Positions 11,618-26,500 of a stretch of 64,000 bases of DNA are shown here, in pieces. The translations under genes and the position numbers were made by a program. The notes beneath the pieces are model-generated. The model was not told where the DNA came from, did no database searches, and saw only the letters and a list, made by a program, of their open reading frames with translations. The stretch is taken from positions 36,520,001 to 36,584,000 of the forward strand of contig CM097885.1 of the NCBI GenBank assembly GCA_044892525.1. Direction: 5' to 3'. Source of the stretch: Schmidtea polychroa (taxonomy: Eukaryota). The first letter of the stretch is position 1, and every line of letters starts with the position of its first letter.

Positions 11618-14600
11618 ATTTTTTTATTGATTTTGATGAGATTTAACGTTTGAGACTTCGACTTTTGCATGAATTGTTTTTATATAGTTTTTGTACGAAA
11701 AGAATATTTAAACAATAATTTTAATTTCATTAATTTAATAACATATTTTAAGTTCAATTATTAAGTTGATATTTTTATTAACGTGGAAGTCAGAGCATTA
11801 CACTCACTATTTAAAAAATACACAATATAAAATTTTAAGAATACCAAAATATAATAAATAACATAATTAACATTACTTAAGGATGAGTCATAAAAAGCCA
11901 CATTATGAGAGACCTTATAAAAAGTTTCAACATTTTAGCGCGCATTTTAAAGAAATATAATAAATTATATTTCATTAACATTATATAAAAATATGTATAT
12001 AAAAAATGTATATAAAAAAAGAATGAATAGAAAATTAATCTCATGTTCACAAAGTATTGTAATATTTTTCTTTATGTATGTTTCAAAATATTTTTAAATT
12101 TTTAAAATATTATTTATTTACATTTTCTTTAAAAAATATTATAAAGTTTATTTTTCCTGAAATTTTCGACAAGAAACACTAATGGCAAAGCAGATACTTT
12201 TAAGTATGATGGAAACAATCTGAAAATAAAATCATATGATTTTCGATTGTGTCTTGGAATTTTTATTTTATTTTATTGTCCAAAAATAACCAGAATTGTG
12301 TAACAATAAATTCAAATTTCAAATGTTTATGACGAAAAATTAGGATTTTCCACTTTTTAGATAAGTAAAATTATTCATAAAATACATAGAATATCACGTC
12401 TAATATGTCTGTTTGGAATATTTAGACAGACGAGAGAATCTCTGGAATGCGGTGTCAATCGGGAATTAAAATAAATATTATTTCCAGGCAAATATTTTTA
12501 ACGGATAATAATTCTAATATTTTGCAGGGAGTTAAAAAATAATAATTCCAAATATTTTGAGAAAGAATATTTATAAGTCACTGAGAAATTAGACGATTTT
12601 TCGAAGTAAAAATTCCGAAAATATTTGATACCTTTTGGATTTCCCAGTACACAAGAGACATTTCAAGGAAATAAAACATAACCTTATTTTTTTACATTTT
12701 AATATTTACACAATTTTGGAAGAAGATCAACATTCAAAGAAGGGCACATCAATAACAAAATATAATATAGATTTGCTATATAAAGCGAATTTTCTAATGA
12801 GAAAATGTGAGAAAATTCGATGCCATAGCAGCCACCGTGACTGACACTTGACTTTCGCATTGGGCTACATCGGTTTTGATGAGAAACAACATTTTCCAAG
12901 TTATTATTAATATGTTTGTACTTTGTAATCATATTATACAATTAATACACTATTTATGGCCCACAGGTAAATTTCTCAAAAATATTTTTGGCATTGAAAG
13001 TGATTTTAAATACTAATAACTAAACCAATAAATGAGTTCTAATTTTTAAAATAATATCTAAAATTAAAACTTTAAAATCTCTACCAAACATTCATTATTG
13101 TAATGTACAGTTATATATTTTATTCATTTTTAAACAAGGTTTCGCGACGCCTTGTTATTTCATCGAGCGTATGTCGCGCTTGGAAAAATAAAAAAAGACT
13201 ATATAGCGATAATTTACTATGGTAAATTATCGCTATACAAATATCGACGACAATTAAATAAAAATCAATAAAGAAAATAACATAAAGAAAAATATCAAAT
13301 CTCTATCATATTTCAGCTTTATACTACTCTATTATATCTCAGCAACCTAGGAAAAACTTATTAAGTTGTATTGGTTTTATCTCCAGAGTTTCTTCTCAAG
13401 CAACAAAGAAAGTTTTCAAATTCCTTTCAAGAAACAAAGAAAATTTCTAAAGTAATTTGTAAGAGCCGACTCGTCGAAACAAACAAAATAAACTTTTAAT
13501 CCATTCTTTTTTGAATTTTAATAAAATAAAGTGGAAAATAAAATAAAGAGGAAAACAAGATCAGTGATACCAGTTTGAAAGATACTAAAAAAGGGCATTA
13601 ATTGAAGCAAAATGGGTGATTTTGATCCATTAATATTTGGTATTGACGATGATGATTAGAAATTGTAGGTGTCTCCAAACTGATTGCATCTTTAAAGACA
13701 GATAAGAACCTTTTTGGCATTTTTGTGTATGGACAAGGCGAGTATAAGGCGAGATATCGTGATACCTTATGTGACTTGAGTTTTGAATAAGTGTTAGAGT
13801 TTCAAAATAAATTTAACACTTTTAAAGCTTATTAGAGTTTCTTTTTGTTGATAATTAATAAATAAATATTAAAGTCGGTGTTTCTGACTCCACATGTTTT
13901 GTAAAAACAATAAGACAAACAATACTCAACGTATATTTATATTCACTTTTCAAAATTCCAAATATCGCAATAAAATGCCTATTCTGACTATTTAACAAGT
14001 CTCTCTGTAGTTCTCTACGTTCTACAATAATAATCACCTCTTTCCTTTAACTCTTTTGACTTCACTTGATCCTTTTTCTTTTCTCTATGTTTTAATTTCA
14101 AAAATTTTCCTTTTACCTACTCTCGTTTTGCTCGTTCCTTCCTAAGGCAAAATGACGATTGTTTCTAAATTTGAGTAGTTAAAATAATTTATATAGTTCA
14201 AATAATCACATTGATTAATGACGTTTTTTACAATCTTTGCCTGGCGGCTTTTTTCATTTCCTCTTCGTTTTCATTTCCCGTGCGTCTCCTTTGTAGTTAT
14301 TTTTTTCCGTTTTCCCATTACTCATGTTGTCATAATTTTTTTCCAAATTCACCTTTGTTTACTTCTCTTTTTTTTGCTTACCTCTACATCCCCTTAATTA
14401 ATGAACGATTTTCTATTTTTGTGCGTTTTCTTGCATTTTGACTCTTTCTGAACAAAATCTGATAAATCCATTCTTGCCATGATTTTTCCCGACATTTCAG
14501 TTTTATCTGACCCGTTTTTCAAATTTCAAATCGATGATTTCTTGATTTTGAATTTTTGATATTCCTTTTTTAGTTATTTGAAAATTTTAAATTTAAAACC

Positions 14601-14842
14601 CTATCATGTTTTTTCTGAACTTCTTATATTTAAAACATCCATTAATAATTAAGAATTTTGAATAAAGTAATATTTATTTTTTTTATCACAAAGTTCAAGA
14701 AAATTCCACTATATATATGGGCATGCATTCATTCAACACATACTGATTTCTTATTTATTATTATTTTACATATCAAATATTTTTAGTCTTTATAAAAGCG
14801 TTAAATATATTTATTTCTAAATTCATTTTTCACTATTTTAAA

Positions 14843-15700
14843 GGTTGGATATTTTTCGCACATATATTTTATTATATTTACATAAAATTACTTCATCACA
14901 CACAAATTTTATTTTCGACACTTAAATTTAAAAAATGCTTTTATATTGACACATAATTTAACTCCAAGCCACACAAATTTAGAAAGTTATTTATATTAAT
15001 CGTTCCGAGTGTTTAATGCAAGATTTTGCACTATAAAATCGTAAATTACTGTCTTTAATTTTATAAAAGAGTGACAATATTAAAAATAAATGCAAAAGAA
15101 ATGTTTAAGAGACCATTTATTAGACAAGTTGCCTTGTTAAATTAGTATTAGCCTTTACTTTCTTCGTCCTACCACGCTTATTTTTCACTAAGCAGGGTTA
15201 CATTGATTAAAGCCAACTTTCCTTTCCCTTTCAGATATAGATAGACGTGAACGCATTTTTTGGTCTTAACAAAATTCCAGCAAGAACAGATAACAGTCTT
15301 TCAACCTTCAAATCCATGATTGACTTTTAGTATAATATTTTCTGCATAAAATTCGTTGAACGAGTTTTATCTGTCAAAATTGGACATGATCTTGTTTCTC
15401 TTGCTCTCTAACAACTCATTGTCGAAATCAGCTGGCACAAATGTTAAATACTCAATCCTTTCTTCCCACTAAAATTACTTGTTTTCAATATCAATTCAAT
15501 TTAATTAAATTTATAAAATTTAAGGCATTAAAGTCATTAACTATGTTAAAGCACTTTCTAAATTTGTGTGTCCAGTAGTAAAATAGTGTGTCAATATAAA
15601 AGCATTTCCTAAATTTAATTGTCGAAAATAAAATTTGTGTGTGATGAAGTAATTTTATGTAAATCAAATAAAATTTGTGTGTGAATATATTTTTATCCCT
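14843..15700 (-). mobile_element. Internally deleted Mutator-like (MULE) element
   Basis: ~140-bp imperfect inverted repeats (about 14843-14987 vs 15553-15700); internal minus-strand frame ICSCWNFVKTKKCVHVY (SWIM finger) followed by a KRGRTKK-like basic motif. Confidence 0.6.
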
Positions 15701-16989
15701 ATTTTAAATTATATTCAATTAATTTTCATTTTAAATTTATAAATTTATAAATCTTTATCTTTAACGTTTTGAAATTTAGAATTTTACAATGATTATTGAA
15801 GTACAGTAGGTGAAGCGGACGTAACTGAGTTGGTGAAGACGCCATGGATTTTTTGAGAGATCATATTTCTTTATCCATTTAGTGTCAGTTGTGGTAGACT
15901 GAAAATGAAATTATTAAAAATGGTGTTAATCTAATATGTATAGTGCATTAAAGATTAAGATCGACTTCAGCTTTGATAAAAGACTCAGATAAAAGTTTAG
16001 ATTCAAGTTCAAATATCTTAAGATATTGGTTAAAGGTTTCACCACAGAACTCATTACCTTGAGTCAAAAGAGCGTTCTTCAAGATTTCAAAAGGCCTTAA
16101 AACAAAAAAAATCAAAAAAATTTTGGAGATGATATATAACATGAGTTTTATTTGACACGAAAGATTCGTCCTGGAGTAACAGGAAAATTTGTTTTGACAA
16201 TAAATTACCTACATATATGAGTTGTATTATTTGAGTAAACAAATAAGAAAAAGGATTCTACCATCAAAATAATAGGGATCCCTCAAAGTGATAAAGTGAC
16301 CACAAGATTATTTATTGGTGTAATTTGTAATTTAGTTTTGGTAGAGTTTTCCAAATTAAAAATTAAAGGGTTTTAAAGGGTTTCTATTCATTGCTTATTA
16401 CTTAAAAACAAACGTCAAACTGAAAGTTTTTGATATTTTTATCACTGTAACAGAAATGTCACAGAGCTATAGTTCTTTGAACCCTTCACATACATGTCCA
16501 ACATAAAATAAATTACTACTAGAAGTAAAAAAAAGACAAAATAGAGTGAAATCGGATTAATTTACTCAAAGAAATAAAAAATAAGTATTAAATTGTAGAA
16601 ATTGTCTGATAGTTTCTAGTTTTATAGATAAAAATATTTCATGTCTCTTTTCTAATAAATATATTATCAATCATAGACTGTTTAATATACAAATCTTTTG
16701 ATAATCATTTTTATTCAGTGTCTGCAAGAATTGACAGTTATAGAAAAATTTATTTCATCTGCATATAATGTTTGCATAACAATTAAGGGCAGTTGCGTTT
16801 GATTTATATTTCTCACAAATAAAAATTGTCTACAAAATGAAATATTTCTAAAAAAATTAAATTTCTCTTTTTTATAATTATAATCAACAAAATTGTTTTA
16901 ATGGAGAGGGGCAAATTGCCCCTTTGTTTCTCTTGGGATACAAATTATTGAATTGAAAATACTAAAATAACTGTTGTCTTGGACATACA

Positions 16990-17300
16990 AATACTGTTGA
17001 AGTTTATTAAAACAATAAAAATGAAAGGTCTAATTCTGGGAAATAGGAAATAAATCATGTTTCATCATGATAAAACTAGATCATATATTGTACGTAAAAC
17101 CGTAAAGAAACTAAACGATTTTGATTTAGAAATTATGTTGCACTCGCCATACACTCCTAACATAACTTTGCCACCTATTCCAATCATTACAGAAATTATA
17201 GACAGAAATAAATATCTGAAATTCAGCGTTTAAAAACAGTAAAAAGGGTTTTTGAAACTAAACACAAATTACTTTTCTTCAGAGAAAAATATGAGTTAGC
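16990..17300 (+). pseudogene. mariner transposase relic
   Basis: From 17057 reads MFHHDKTRSYIVRKTVKKLNDFDLEIMLHSPYTPNI, resembling HDNARPH...HPPYSPDL; boundaries approximate. Confidence 0.65.
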
Positions 17301-18194
17301 TGAAAGACTTAACGGTAAACAACTTCATTACCAAGAAATCTTGACAGGTCGGTCCAAAAAGTAATCTGTAATTGAAAATAAAATTTCACGGTTTAACTAT
17401 TCAATAAGTTCAACCAAATCATTAAACAATTATTTGAAAGCTAACTAAAAATTTAGAAAATTTCCACATAATACAGTGAGTGAACTCTATTAATACAACG
17501 AATGATACTAAGTAAAAGGTTTACATAATTATTTTCAATAACACTGGGTTCCATAGTCAAAACATTTCAATAATTAAAAAAATCAATATATTTTTAATAT
17601 AAGTAACACACCAATTTCTCTGTGTGTTGAAAATCCTGTTACGCTAGGTAACAGCTTTATTATACATTTATTTACATGGAATAAAAACATCTACACCAAA
17701 CACCACTCAGATACGTTTCCTATAATATAAAAAAATCAATAATCTTACATTATAGATACATATATACTTATTTTGATTTCACGCTAATCTTCTCATTGAT
17801 AGTGCAATGAGATACATCTTACACTATTAAAATCTAAAATGTGATAGAAAAGTTAAATACTGCACACAAACCCAACACATACTAAAAAACACATAATCTT
17901 TTGATTCATAGAAATGTGCCACTGAGATAAATTTCTATAATAAATTTATTTTAGAAAATTTTTAGAAAAAAAATGATAGTTGAAAATGTTTTAAAAGAAA
18001 ATGTTAAAATTATTCCAAAATTATCCGTTATCGAAAATTTCACTATTGCATAAACTAGTCAAAATAATTCATTTAGTTAATTATGAAAAATTTATTATTT
18101 GAATTGTTATACTTAATTATGTCATAAAAATGAATTATTTATATATATTTTCTATATAACCGTATGTTTAATATATTAAATAATCATTATATTA

Positions 18195-18778
18195 CAGTAA
18201 ACTCTCCAACTGCGCGGTAGATACGTTCCACAAAAACAACGCACAAACCGAAATTGCGCACTGTGAACCCGATTTTATATGTTATTATAGGGTTAGGTTC
18301 CAGATATTAGAAAAATTGCAAAAAAATATAATAAAAAGTCTATATTCAACGACTAATATACATATTTACATTAATATAAACATAAAAACTGTAGAAAACA
18401 GTCTCAATTCAACGACTTATACATAATGAATATAAACATAAATAAAAATTAAATATAATTTAATACATATATATTTTTAATTAAACAAACACTTATAATT
18501 ATGTAATTTCACATCCTCATCCTAGCGCGATCACTAGAAAAATGAAACTGTCAATATCTTTTTAAAATAAAAAGTATATATGTATCGAAATACGGGGAAT
18601 CACTATTTTCCGTTTCAAAAATTGTATGATTCACTGATACGAATTAATATGATTTTTTTGTCAAAAACCGCAAAAAATAAAACCGCGCAGCTACGAAATT
18701 TTTACCGCACAGATAAAAATGTTGGTATTTAAAACTTGGTCGCGCAATTGCGAAACCGCGCAGTTGGAGGGTTTAATG
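18195..18778. mobile_element. Tc1/mariner (pogo/Tigger-like) MITE
   Basis: 24-bp TIRs CAGTAAACTCTCCAACTGCGCGGT / ACCGCGCAGTTGGAGGGTTTAATG (2 mismatches), TA on both sides. Confidence 0.85.
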
Positions 18779-19561
18779 TATTAAATAATTATATTATTAA
18801 ATAATTTATAATAATTTAAAATATTTTCATCGTTTAAGAATTAAAGTTATTCATATCACTATTTTAGCGAATAAAATATTAATAACAAAAGAATAACAGT
18901 AAATTTTATTTAAACACTCAAGATAGTCAATCATACTCATAAGAACATTTTTACACAAAATATCATAAACATGAAAAGTCATAAAGAAATGACATATTGT
19001 TCGGAAACTCTTGAATCATGACTAATTCGGTCTATTTTGTAAAACCCTTCTAGCCTGCACTGTAAGCATTGCACTGCCATATCCATTTTATTAATAAAAG
19101 GCCCAGGTTTCATTCATTCAGCAACTGTCTGTTCCGATACAGTTTCTTTTTGAACGGACATTCCTGAAACACATTGAACTACTTTATCACTGCTAAAAGC
19201 AAAGTAACCAGGGGAATCATTTAAATTGATTGAAAATCTCATTTATCTTCATTCATAAATTCAACCATTTTTGAAACATTTTCATCTTTCTGTCCATAAA
19301 TTCATCTGATTGTTAAATAGATTTACTCATTTGGTAAAAATGAACAAATTTTTCTAATAATTCCATTTGTTGGTTATCCATTTTTAGCAAAACTTTAACA
19401 TATATTTGACTCACGCAATTAAAACCAGCATTTAAACACCAAAAATACTTCCTCTAAAATTATACTTTAATTTAAAGGCAAAATAAATGGAAAATTGATC
19501 TTTACCTCATTTCTGTCTAACACTATCTAACATAAAAAATGTTCTTTGCATCTAGTATTGC

Positions 19562-19604
<43 letters not shown>

Positions 19605-20901
19605 GACAAAAAAACTTGTCCTTTATACCATTCCAAGCGACCTACTGCAGAAGTTTTCCAAATAGATGAATCTTTAAGTATACATTATTAGCATTAATGA
19701 TGCATACCTTTTTAATAATAAATTTTCTCACATTGTTGTTATTTTCATAATTGTATTTGAATAACAAGTCATTCTTAAAAAAATAATAAACTATAGAATT
19801 ATTCGGATTCAAAGCATATTTAATACATTTAAATACATTTTGAAAATAATTTCACTTTTATTCATTCTCGATACTTTTTCAATAATTTTTTTAATTGTCA
19901 CGTTACGCATCAGAGAGAAATTCCCAATAACTTGCCGGTCAGTTGAGCCCCAGTTACCCCCGATACGCACTAGACAGATACATCTAACCATAGAAAAAAT
20001 AAATATATTAAATTAAGTGCTTAATGTCTATTAAAATGTTGTTTTAACCAAAAACGAGAAAAAATTTCGATTAAACAATTGTTATTGTTATATTTAAATG
20101 TTATTAAATCAATAATTTTTGTAATAAACTAAATTTATATGAATAATTTTTGTTTAGTCAAAATATTGTTTATTTAATTAATTATATACTTATTATTATA
20201 AGTAACTAGGAATGATGTAATATGTAAAAGATAAAACGAAAAATAATTTGTAAAACGATGTTTTATTTATGATATTCGTGAAAATTCACAAAAATATTGT
20301 TTCGAAAATTCATACAAAATTGCAATTTTGATAATTTATAATTTTGATAATATTTATACTTAAAATATAAAATTTATTTTAAAATCATTTTTAAAGTCTC
20401 AGATTTTCACAATATTTTGAAATTTTATTAATAAATGAATATTAATTAATATTACTTAAACAATTTGGAATCTTAGAATTTAAGGTTAATAGTAAATATT
20501 AATTAAAAAAATTATTTTCTTTTCACATTATTTAAACATTCATTTTTTAATTGGTAATTTATAAAATAATAATAACAATTATGCATGTCACAAATAATAT
20601 TCACACCAAAGAGTTAAATAACATCTAGATCCTGGTGGAAAATCCTCGGTATACAGACATCTCCAACAATGTCAACCAAGGAATGAAAGAAAAAATATTT
20701 CAATCGAAATCTTAGCCAATGGAAACATCCAAAAAATGTCAGATTTAAAGAAGCATTTCCCATCATAAGCAGACGTTCAACAATCAAGAATGAAGAATAG
20801 ATAAATGAAATCATCAGTATGATTTGTTGTTATTGACCTTGAGAATAGCTTTTAAAAAAAATTAAAAAATAATAATTTAAAATAATATAGAATAAATAGA
20901 T

Positions 20902-21159
20902 CTAATGTTTATTTTTGGTTAAAAATTCTTGAATGTTTTTCCGTTGATCACCTTGAAGTTGCATTATTTCACCATATTCTTCATGCTGCACAATTGTACC
21001 ATTACAGCAAAATTCCTTTTTACAAACTTTAAGGATACGTTTTTTATCATATTTTTCTGGGATTCCTTGAACAGTTGTTAATGTTTTCCAGCTATTTCTT
21101 TGTTCTCTATCTTCACTCTCAGCAAAAGGATCAAAAGTTTGCAAATTTTGAATTGACAT
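20902..21159 (-). pseudogene. eIF1: eIF1/SUI1 intronless copy with an internal deletion and C-terminal truncation
   Basis: MSIQNLQTFDPFAE...KTLTTVQGI...KKEFCCNGTIVQHEEYGEIMQLQGDQRKNI; lacks the IHIRIQ strand and the C-terminal KVHGF; QRNGRK reads QRNSWK. Confidence 0.85.
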
Positions 21160-23335
21160 AAACAACATTAAATTTCTTTATTTTTCAATTAATTTCCAAC
21201 TCATAAAAAACAACTCAATTAAAAAATCAATTTTCCATATTTACAAAATTCAAACAATCAATCCAATTTCTCCTCACAAAAACGAAAATGTACAAAGGCA
21301 CGACTCAGGATTGACCATCAAATTTTAAGGAAATATACTTTTAAAAGATCATTAGGAATAAAAATCTATATTTAAACATTTTTTAAAAATATTTAAATTG
21401 CTTATATAAATAGTTATTGGAAACTATGTTTTTATAAATATTTTAATATATTTTTTATTAAAAGAGGTTTCTAAGAGATAATTGTAGAAGCTTTAAAAAT
21501 TAAAAAAAATTTTTGTAGTGTTTTGTTTTGAATTTTAAAGGATATTTAATAAAAAATTTAAAATTTTGAAATTCTTCAGAAAACTGTTTATTATTATTTT
21601 TTACCAATGAGAAGTAAGAAAAAGAAAATAAAAGATAAGATCAAAAAGCATTTGAAAATAGAAGAAACTAAATTCCATGAAATTGACAAGGGGTATCTTA
21701 TAGTTGAAATTTTTTTCATTTGTATTAAATATATTATCCACAGAAAAGGCTAAAATTATCATCTAATTGTCTAATATTTAATATACTAATTAATTAATTA
21801 CAAATTATTTTAATTGTAAATTTCATTTAATTCCATTAGTATTATTCTTACACATAACAATATATACACAGGCAATATATATAACAATATATACACAAAA
21901 TAATGTATAGAAAGCCAAATTATAATATTCATAATTGTAATCAAAAATTTACACCTTTTTCAATTTCAATCTGCTATAAACAGGAAATGTGTGACACGTT
22001 AATGATATATAGTCCAATGCATTGTACGAAAACAAATATTAGACATATAAAGATATATCCACATTTGAAATATGGGCACAGAAAGTCTACTATTAGAAAA
22101 ATCCCAACTCATCTATATTACCCGATAATAAGAAATTCAATTTAGAAATGGTGTAAGTTTATATTATATTTCATTTTCTATTTTCTTCATTGTAGAAAAG
22201 GTAGAAAGATTTCATTTAATCTGAAAGCAGCAAAAAAGATGGAAGGAATGGAAAAGTACGGGTTATTACGTCCTCTACAAAATATTTTAACTAAGAAAGA
22301 AGTTATTTCAAAATTTTTATTTTTTATAGTGATATTTTCCATTTGAATGAATTTTTTCAATAATGTATCTTTTTCTTTTAAAACATTACAAAAGCCTTTA
22401 CATGTATACAAGAAATTCACCTTCAATGAAGTCATTGCTAATACGGGTTCTGTTCAATCTTGATTTGTTACTACTCCGAAAATAATTAATAATAAAAAAT
22501 ACTCTTTCAGTTGTCACATTATTATCCGATAAAGACTATGAAAAGTCATTGAAATAATTTATAGGAATATGCTCATCTTTATAATATTTATTTATTTCTA
22601 ATTTTGAGTTAATTAGTGTACAAGTTAACTGCTTTTAGCAGCTTCTATTTTGTAATTCTGTATTTTACTTCAAGCAGTATTACACTCAATTTTAATGAAT
22701 AAAACTTCAAACATCATTGTGAAAAGAAGAATAGTAATATATGAATTGTTTCAAATTTAGAAATTTGTAGCACTAATTATTACATAATCAGAATTGACGG
22801 GATTATAATAAGATCACCGAATCCAAGAATTTACTACAGTTCTTTTATTACTGAATGTAAATTTGATCTTGAAGATCTTTCAAACTTATATCAAAATATT
22901 CATCAAATATTTTCACCATTAACCTTTATTCATAACCTATTTTACCTTTTATTTTTAAATATAAATTAATTTTTATTGGAATCTAGTAAAAAAAGAACAT
23001 TTCGTAGCAAAATTCGTTACTTTGACAGTAATTTTTTTTAATTAAAAAAAAGTCAGTTAATAAAGTAGTATTTATCTATTATGAATGAAAATTATAGTAA
23101 TTATTTTTAAAATTAATTTTAACTTGTAAAATCAAAAAAAATCGAATAAAGTTTAAATAAAATAAAATATTTTCGTTAAATAAATCGAAACTATTTATCA
23201 CACTTTGCCAAATGTAAACAAATATTTACCTTAATATTGTTTTAATTACTATAATTAATTCCGCTTCGAAATAATTTTGGGAATCATAGTTTATATTTAA
23301 AAACAAATTCCGAAGAAAATTTAAATTATAATTAC

Positions 23336-23520
23336 AATATAATATAATATAATATGTAATATAATATATAATATAATATAAAATAAAAATATAATAATAT
23401 CAAATAAATATAATATAATATAACATAATATAATATAATATAATATAATATAATATAATATAATATAATATAATATAATATAATATAATATAATATAATA
23501 TAATATGATATAATATAATG
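23336..23520. repeat. (TATAA)n pentanucleotide microsatellite
   Basis: Direct reading. Confidence 0.9.
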
Positions 23521-26500
23521 TAAATTATTTATGATTACAGTGAAATTATTGTGGATTTCACATTAATCGAAAAGTTTATTTTAATTGGAAATCTTTCAGC
23601 ACAAAAGCGACCAAATATCCTCACTTCAACTCTCCAGTAAGATTATATATTATCTACTATTTTCCCTTCTAATAGTGTTTCCAAATTGCTCCATGTGTGT
23701 TTTATTTTTTAAAAAAATGATTAATTATACAATTTATTTACCTTAAAGTATGCTGGTGAATATTTTTATAAAATAATAATTCATATATTAGTTAATTGTA
23801 AAGAAAAGAACCTATTAATATGAATAAAATATAAAATCTGTTAATGTCAATTAGTACAAAATTATAATTGTTTTACATTATTTTTGATTGACATATTCGT
23901 CAGTGTTTTCAACTAGAAGTTTACTGTAATTAATGGAGAAAATTCTCCAGAATTCTTTTGAAATTCTATGTCAATGTTGATAAACTGGCTTGTAATCTAG
24001 CAAAATGATGGGTTCCCAAATCGAGCAAAATATTAATAAATGTTCCAAGAAGAATGCAGTCCAAATTTTATGGGAATTAATAGATTTTCAATGACTTTAT
24101 ACTAATAAGAAATAATTAACAGTTAAGGAAAATGTCAAAATAAACAAATTTTTATTTAATAAAATTCTATTCACGCTAAGAACAAGAGAATAAAAATTAA
24201 TAACCGATATTGTAATTCCATTAAAACTCAAGACAATTTCAATAACATTTTCTTCTTTCACCTAGCCTTTATATATAAGTTTTCTCGCTGTCAATTTTGT
24301 CGTTATCCATTGCCACCTTTTTCATTAGTTTACAATTAAAATAACTTCTATAACACCTTTAATGAACAAAATCTGTAAATTTATTAATTATAAAAATTGA
24401 AATTGCAATGAAAATTGCAATATTACTAAAAATGATTTCTACTTGTCTAAAATCTAGACGAAGAACATTTGCAATTTTACACATGCATTAATATTGTCTT
24501 GAATTGAAATGGGAGTTTTTAAAGTGTTTCATAGAATAAAAAAAATATTTGTTAAATAAATTCCCATTATTACTCTCTCTATATTAATTTCACTTTGTAT
24601 GTATGTTTGAATGTTTATATAAGCCACACAAATCTTGCGATGGCAAATTAACCCACTTCCCCGAATCGGATACAGCTGAAATTTGCTAGATAGATTCGTC
24701 GTCGAGGACAATGTATTCTTTCAGGTTTTCAGAGCGATCGAAGGTAATAAAATTAACTTTTTTGAAAATTCTCAATTAGGTCACCTATTTAAATAGACAA
24801 AGGTTACTTAACTTCTAAAATTTAAAATTTTAACGATTTTGTGAATTTTTTAAATATCTTCACCACTGGCTCTGTACTGAAAAAATTAGTACCGTAAATT
24901 GTTTGTTCTGTGAAAAAATGAAAAAGATTATTCTGCACAAATTGTACAATATTTTAAAATGAAGTGATTTTAGTTTTAGGCTAGACTTTTATCCTCATGA
25001 TTATCAGAGAATTGAGTTTTTTTGAGTTTCTTTAAATTTCGTTACTTATGTGATTATGATATCTCGTAAATAATATAAAAAATTTTTAATAAAATTATAA
25101 AATTTATAAAATTTTTTCAAAGTACTTTCTTAACTAGGTGATTTTGCATAATATTAAATATTTCATAGCATTGAGCACACATATTGAAATTTTAATTTTG
25201 AGAGAATGTAAGAGTGAGATATAGATAGAGTTTTAAAAACTATGTTTTACAGTTAGTTTTAATTCATTAACTCTATTAGTTTCTATGACATTTAAGTCTT
25301 CTATATTAAAATTTCTATATAACAAGATCTTGATGGATTAATTATTTAAAGATATTAATAAATGTCAATTAATAATATTATTAATTAATATTAATTAATA
25401 TTATTAATATTAATAAATATTAATAATGTCAGTTGGTTATGAATTAATTCCAACTGATTTTAAATAAACAACAATACATATTAAAACACTTATAAAATAT
25501 TTAAATATACAAAATATTTAAAAATATTAACAATATAAAAACTATCAAGTAAAAATTATTAAAGATTTGATCAGTAATATTATTTGAAGTTTTCAGTTAG
25601 TTTAAAATTTTATTCAATATTCGATTTTGAAATTTTGTTATTTAAAATTTTCCCTTTACAGTGTGAAGGACAACCATGGGTGAACTTGAAACGGATCACT
25701 AAAAAAATGACCACCAAGGCGGCAGCGTATAATATTATTGCTAATTTTCGATGTAAATTAAAACAAAAAGAAAATAAATTATTAAAGACAAAACTTAAAT
25801 ATCAATCGAAATATTTCTATAATTTCAAAGAAATTGTAAATGTTTATTTCCACAGATGCATAAAGTTCTATGATATCTTTCGTAAAGAAATTATTGTTCC
25901 AATTTTTAGCTTATTTAAATTAGACTTATTGAGCGATAATTCATCATGGTTGACTAAACAAAAGCTTTTCACTAAATTCAACAAAGTTTGAATTGCTTTT
26001 CAGAGTTTCAAATTTTGTTTAACTGAAACCACAAGTTTAAACAACAAGGAAAGTTAGAATTATTTACATAAGTTATCGTGCATGATAAGCAGATGTAGCA
26101 TCTTGTACAATTCCCACAGATTTACTCCAATAAATGCATAAAATATATCTGTTAAAACTATTTTCTATAGATTATGCTAAAATGGTATTTTCTATTTGCT
26201 TTTAGACAAAAGTGATATTTATTTTTTGGTTTTTTTTCTATTGAAAGCAAAATAAAATCCAGTTCATTTCAGTAGAAAATTTATTAAATTTTAATATAAA
26301 CATTTCAAAATTTCTTTTAATTGGATAAATAATGACTGAAAAAATAATTTGCAATTTTTATTGTAGAAGAATTCGATGGTTTATTTGTTTGAATTAACTG
26401 CTGTTTTTAAAAAAATTTTTATAAGATTTTAAAGAATTTAATTTATCAATTACATGAAATTTTTCGTGGAGTGAATAATAGAATTTATCAAGTTGGTTAA

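Noticed and set aside
25584..25991. 135-aa ORF as a gene
   Set aside because: Non-ATG start, low-complexity AT-rich composition and no recognisable motif.
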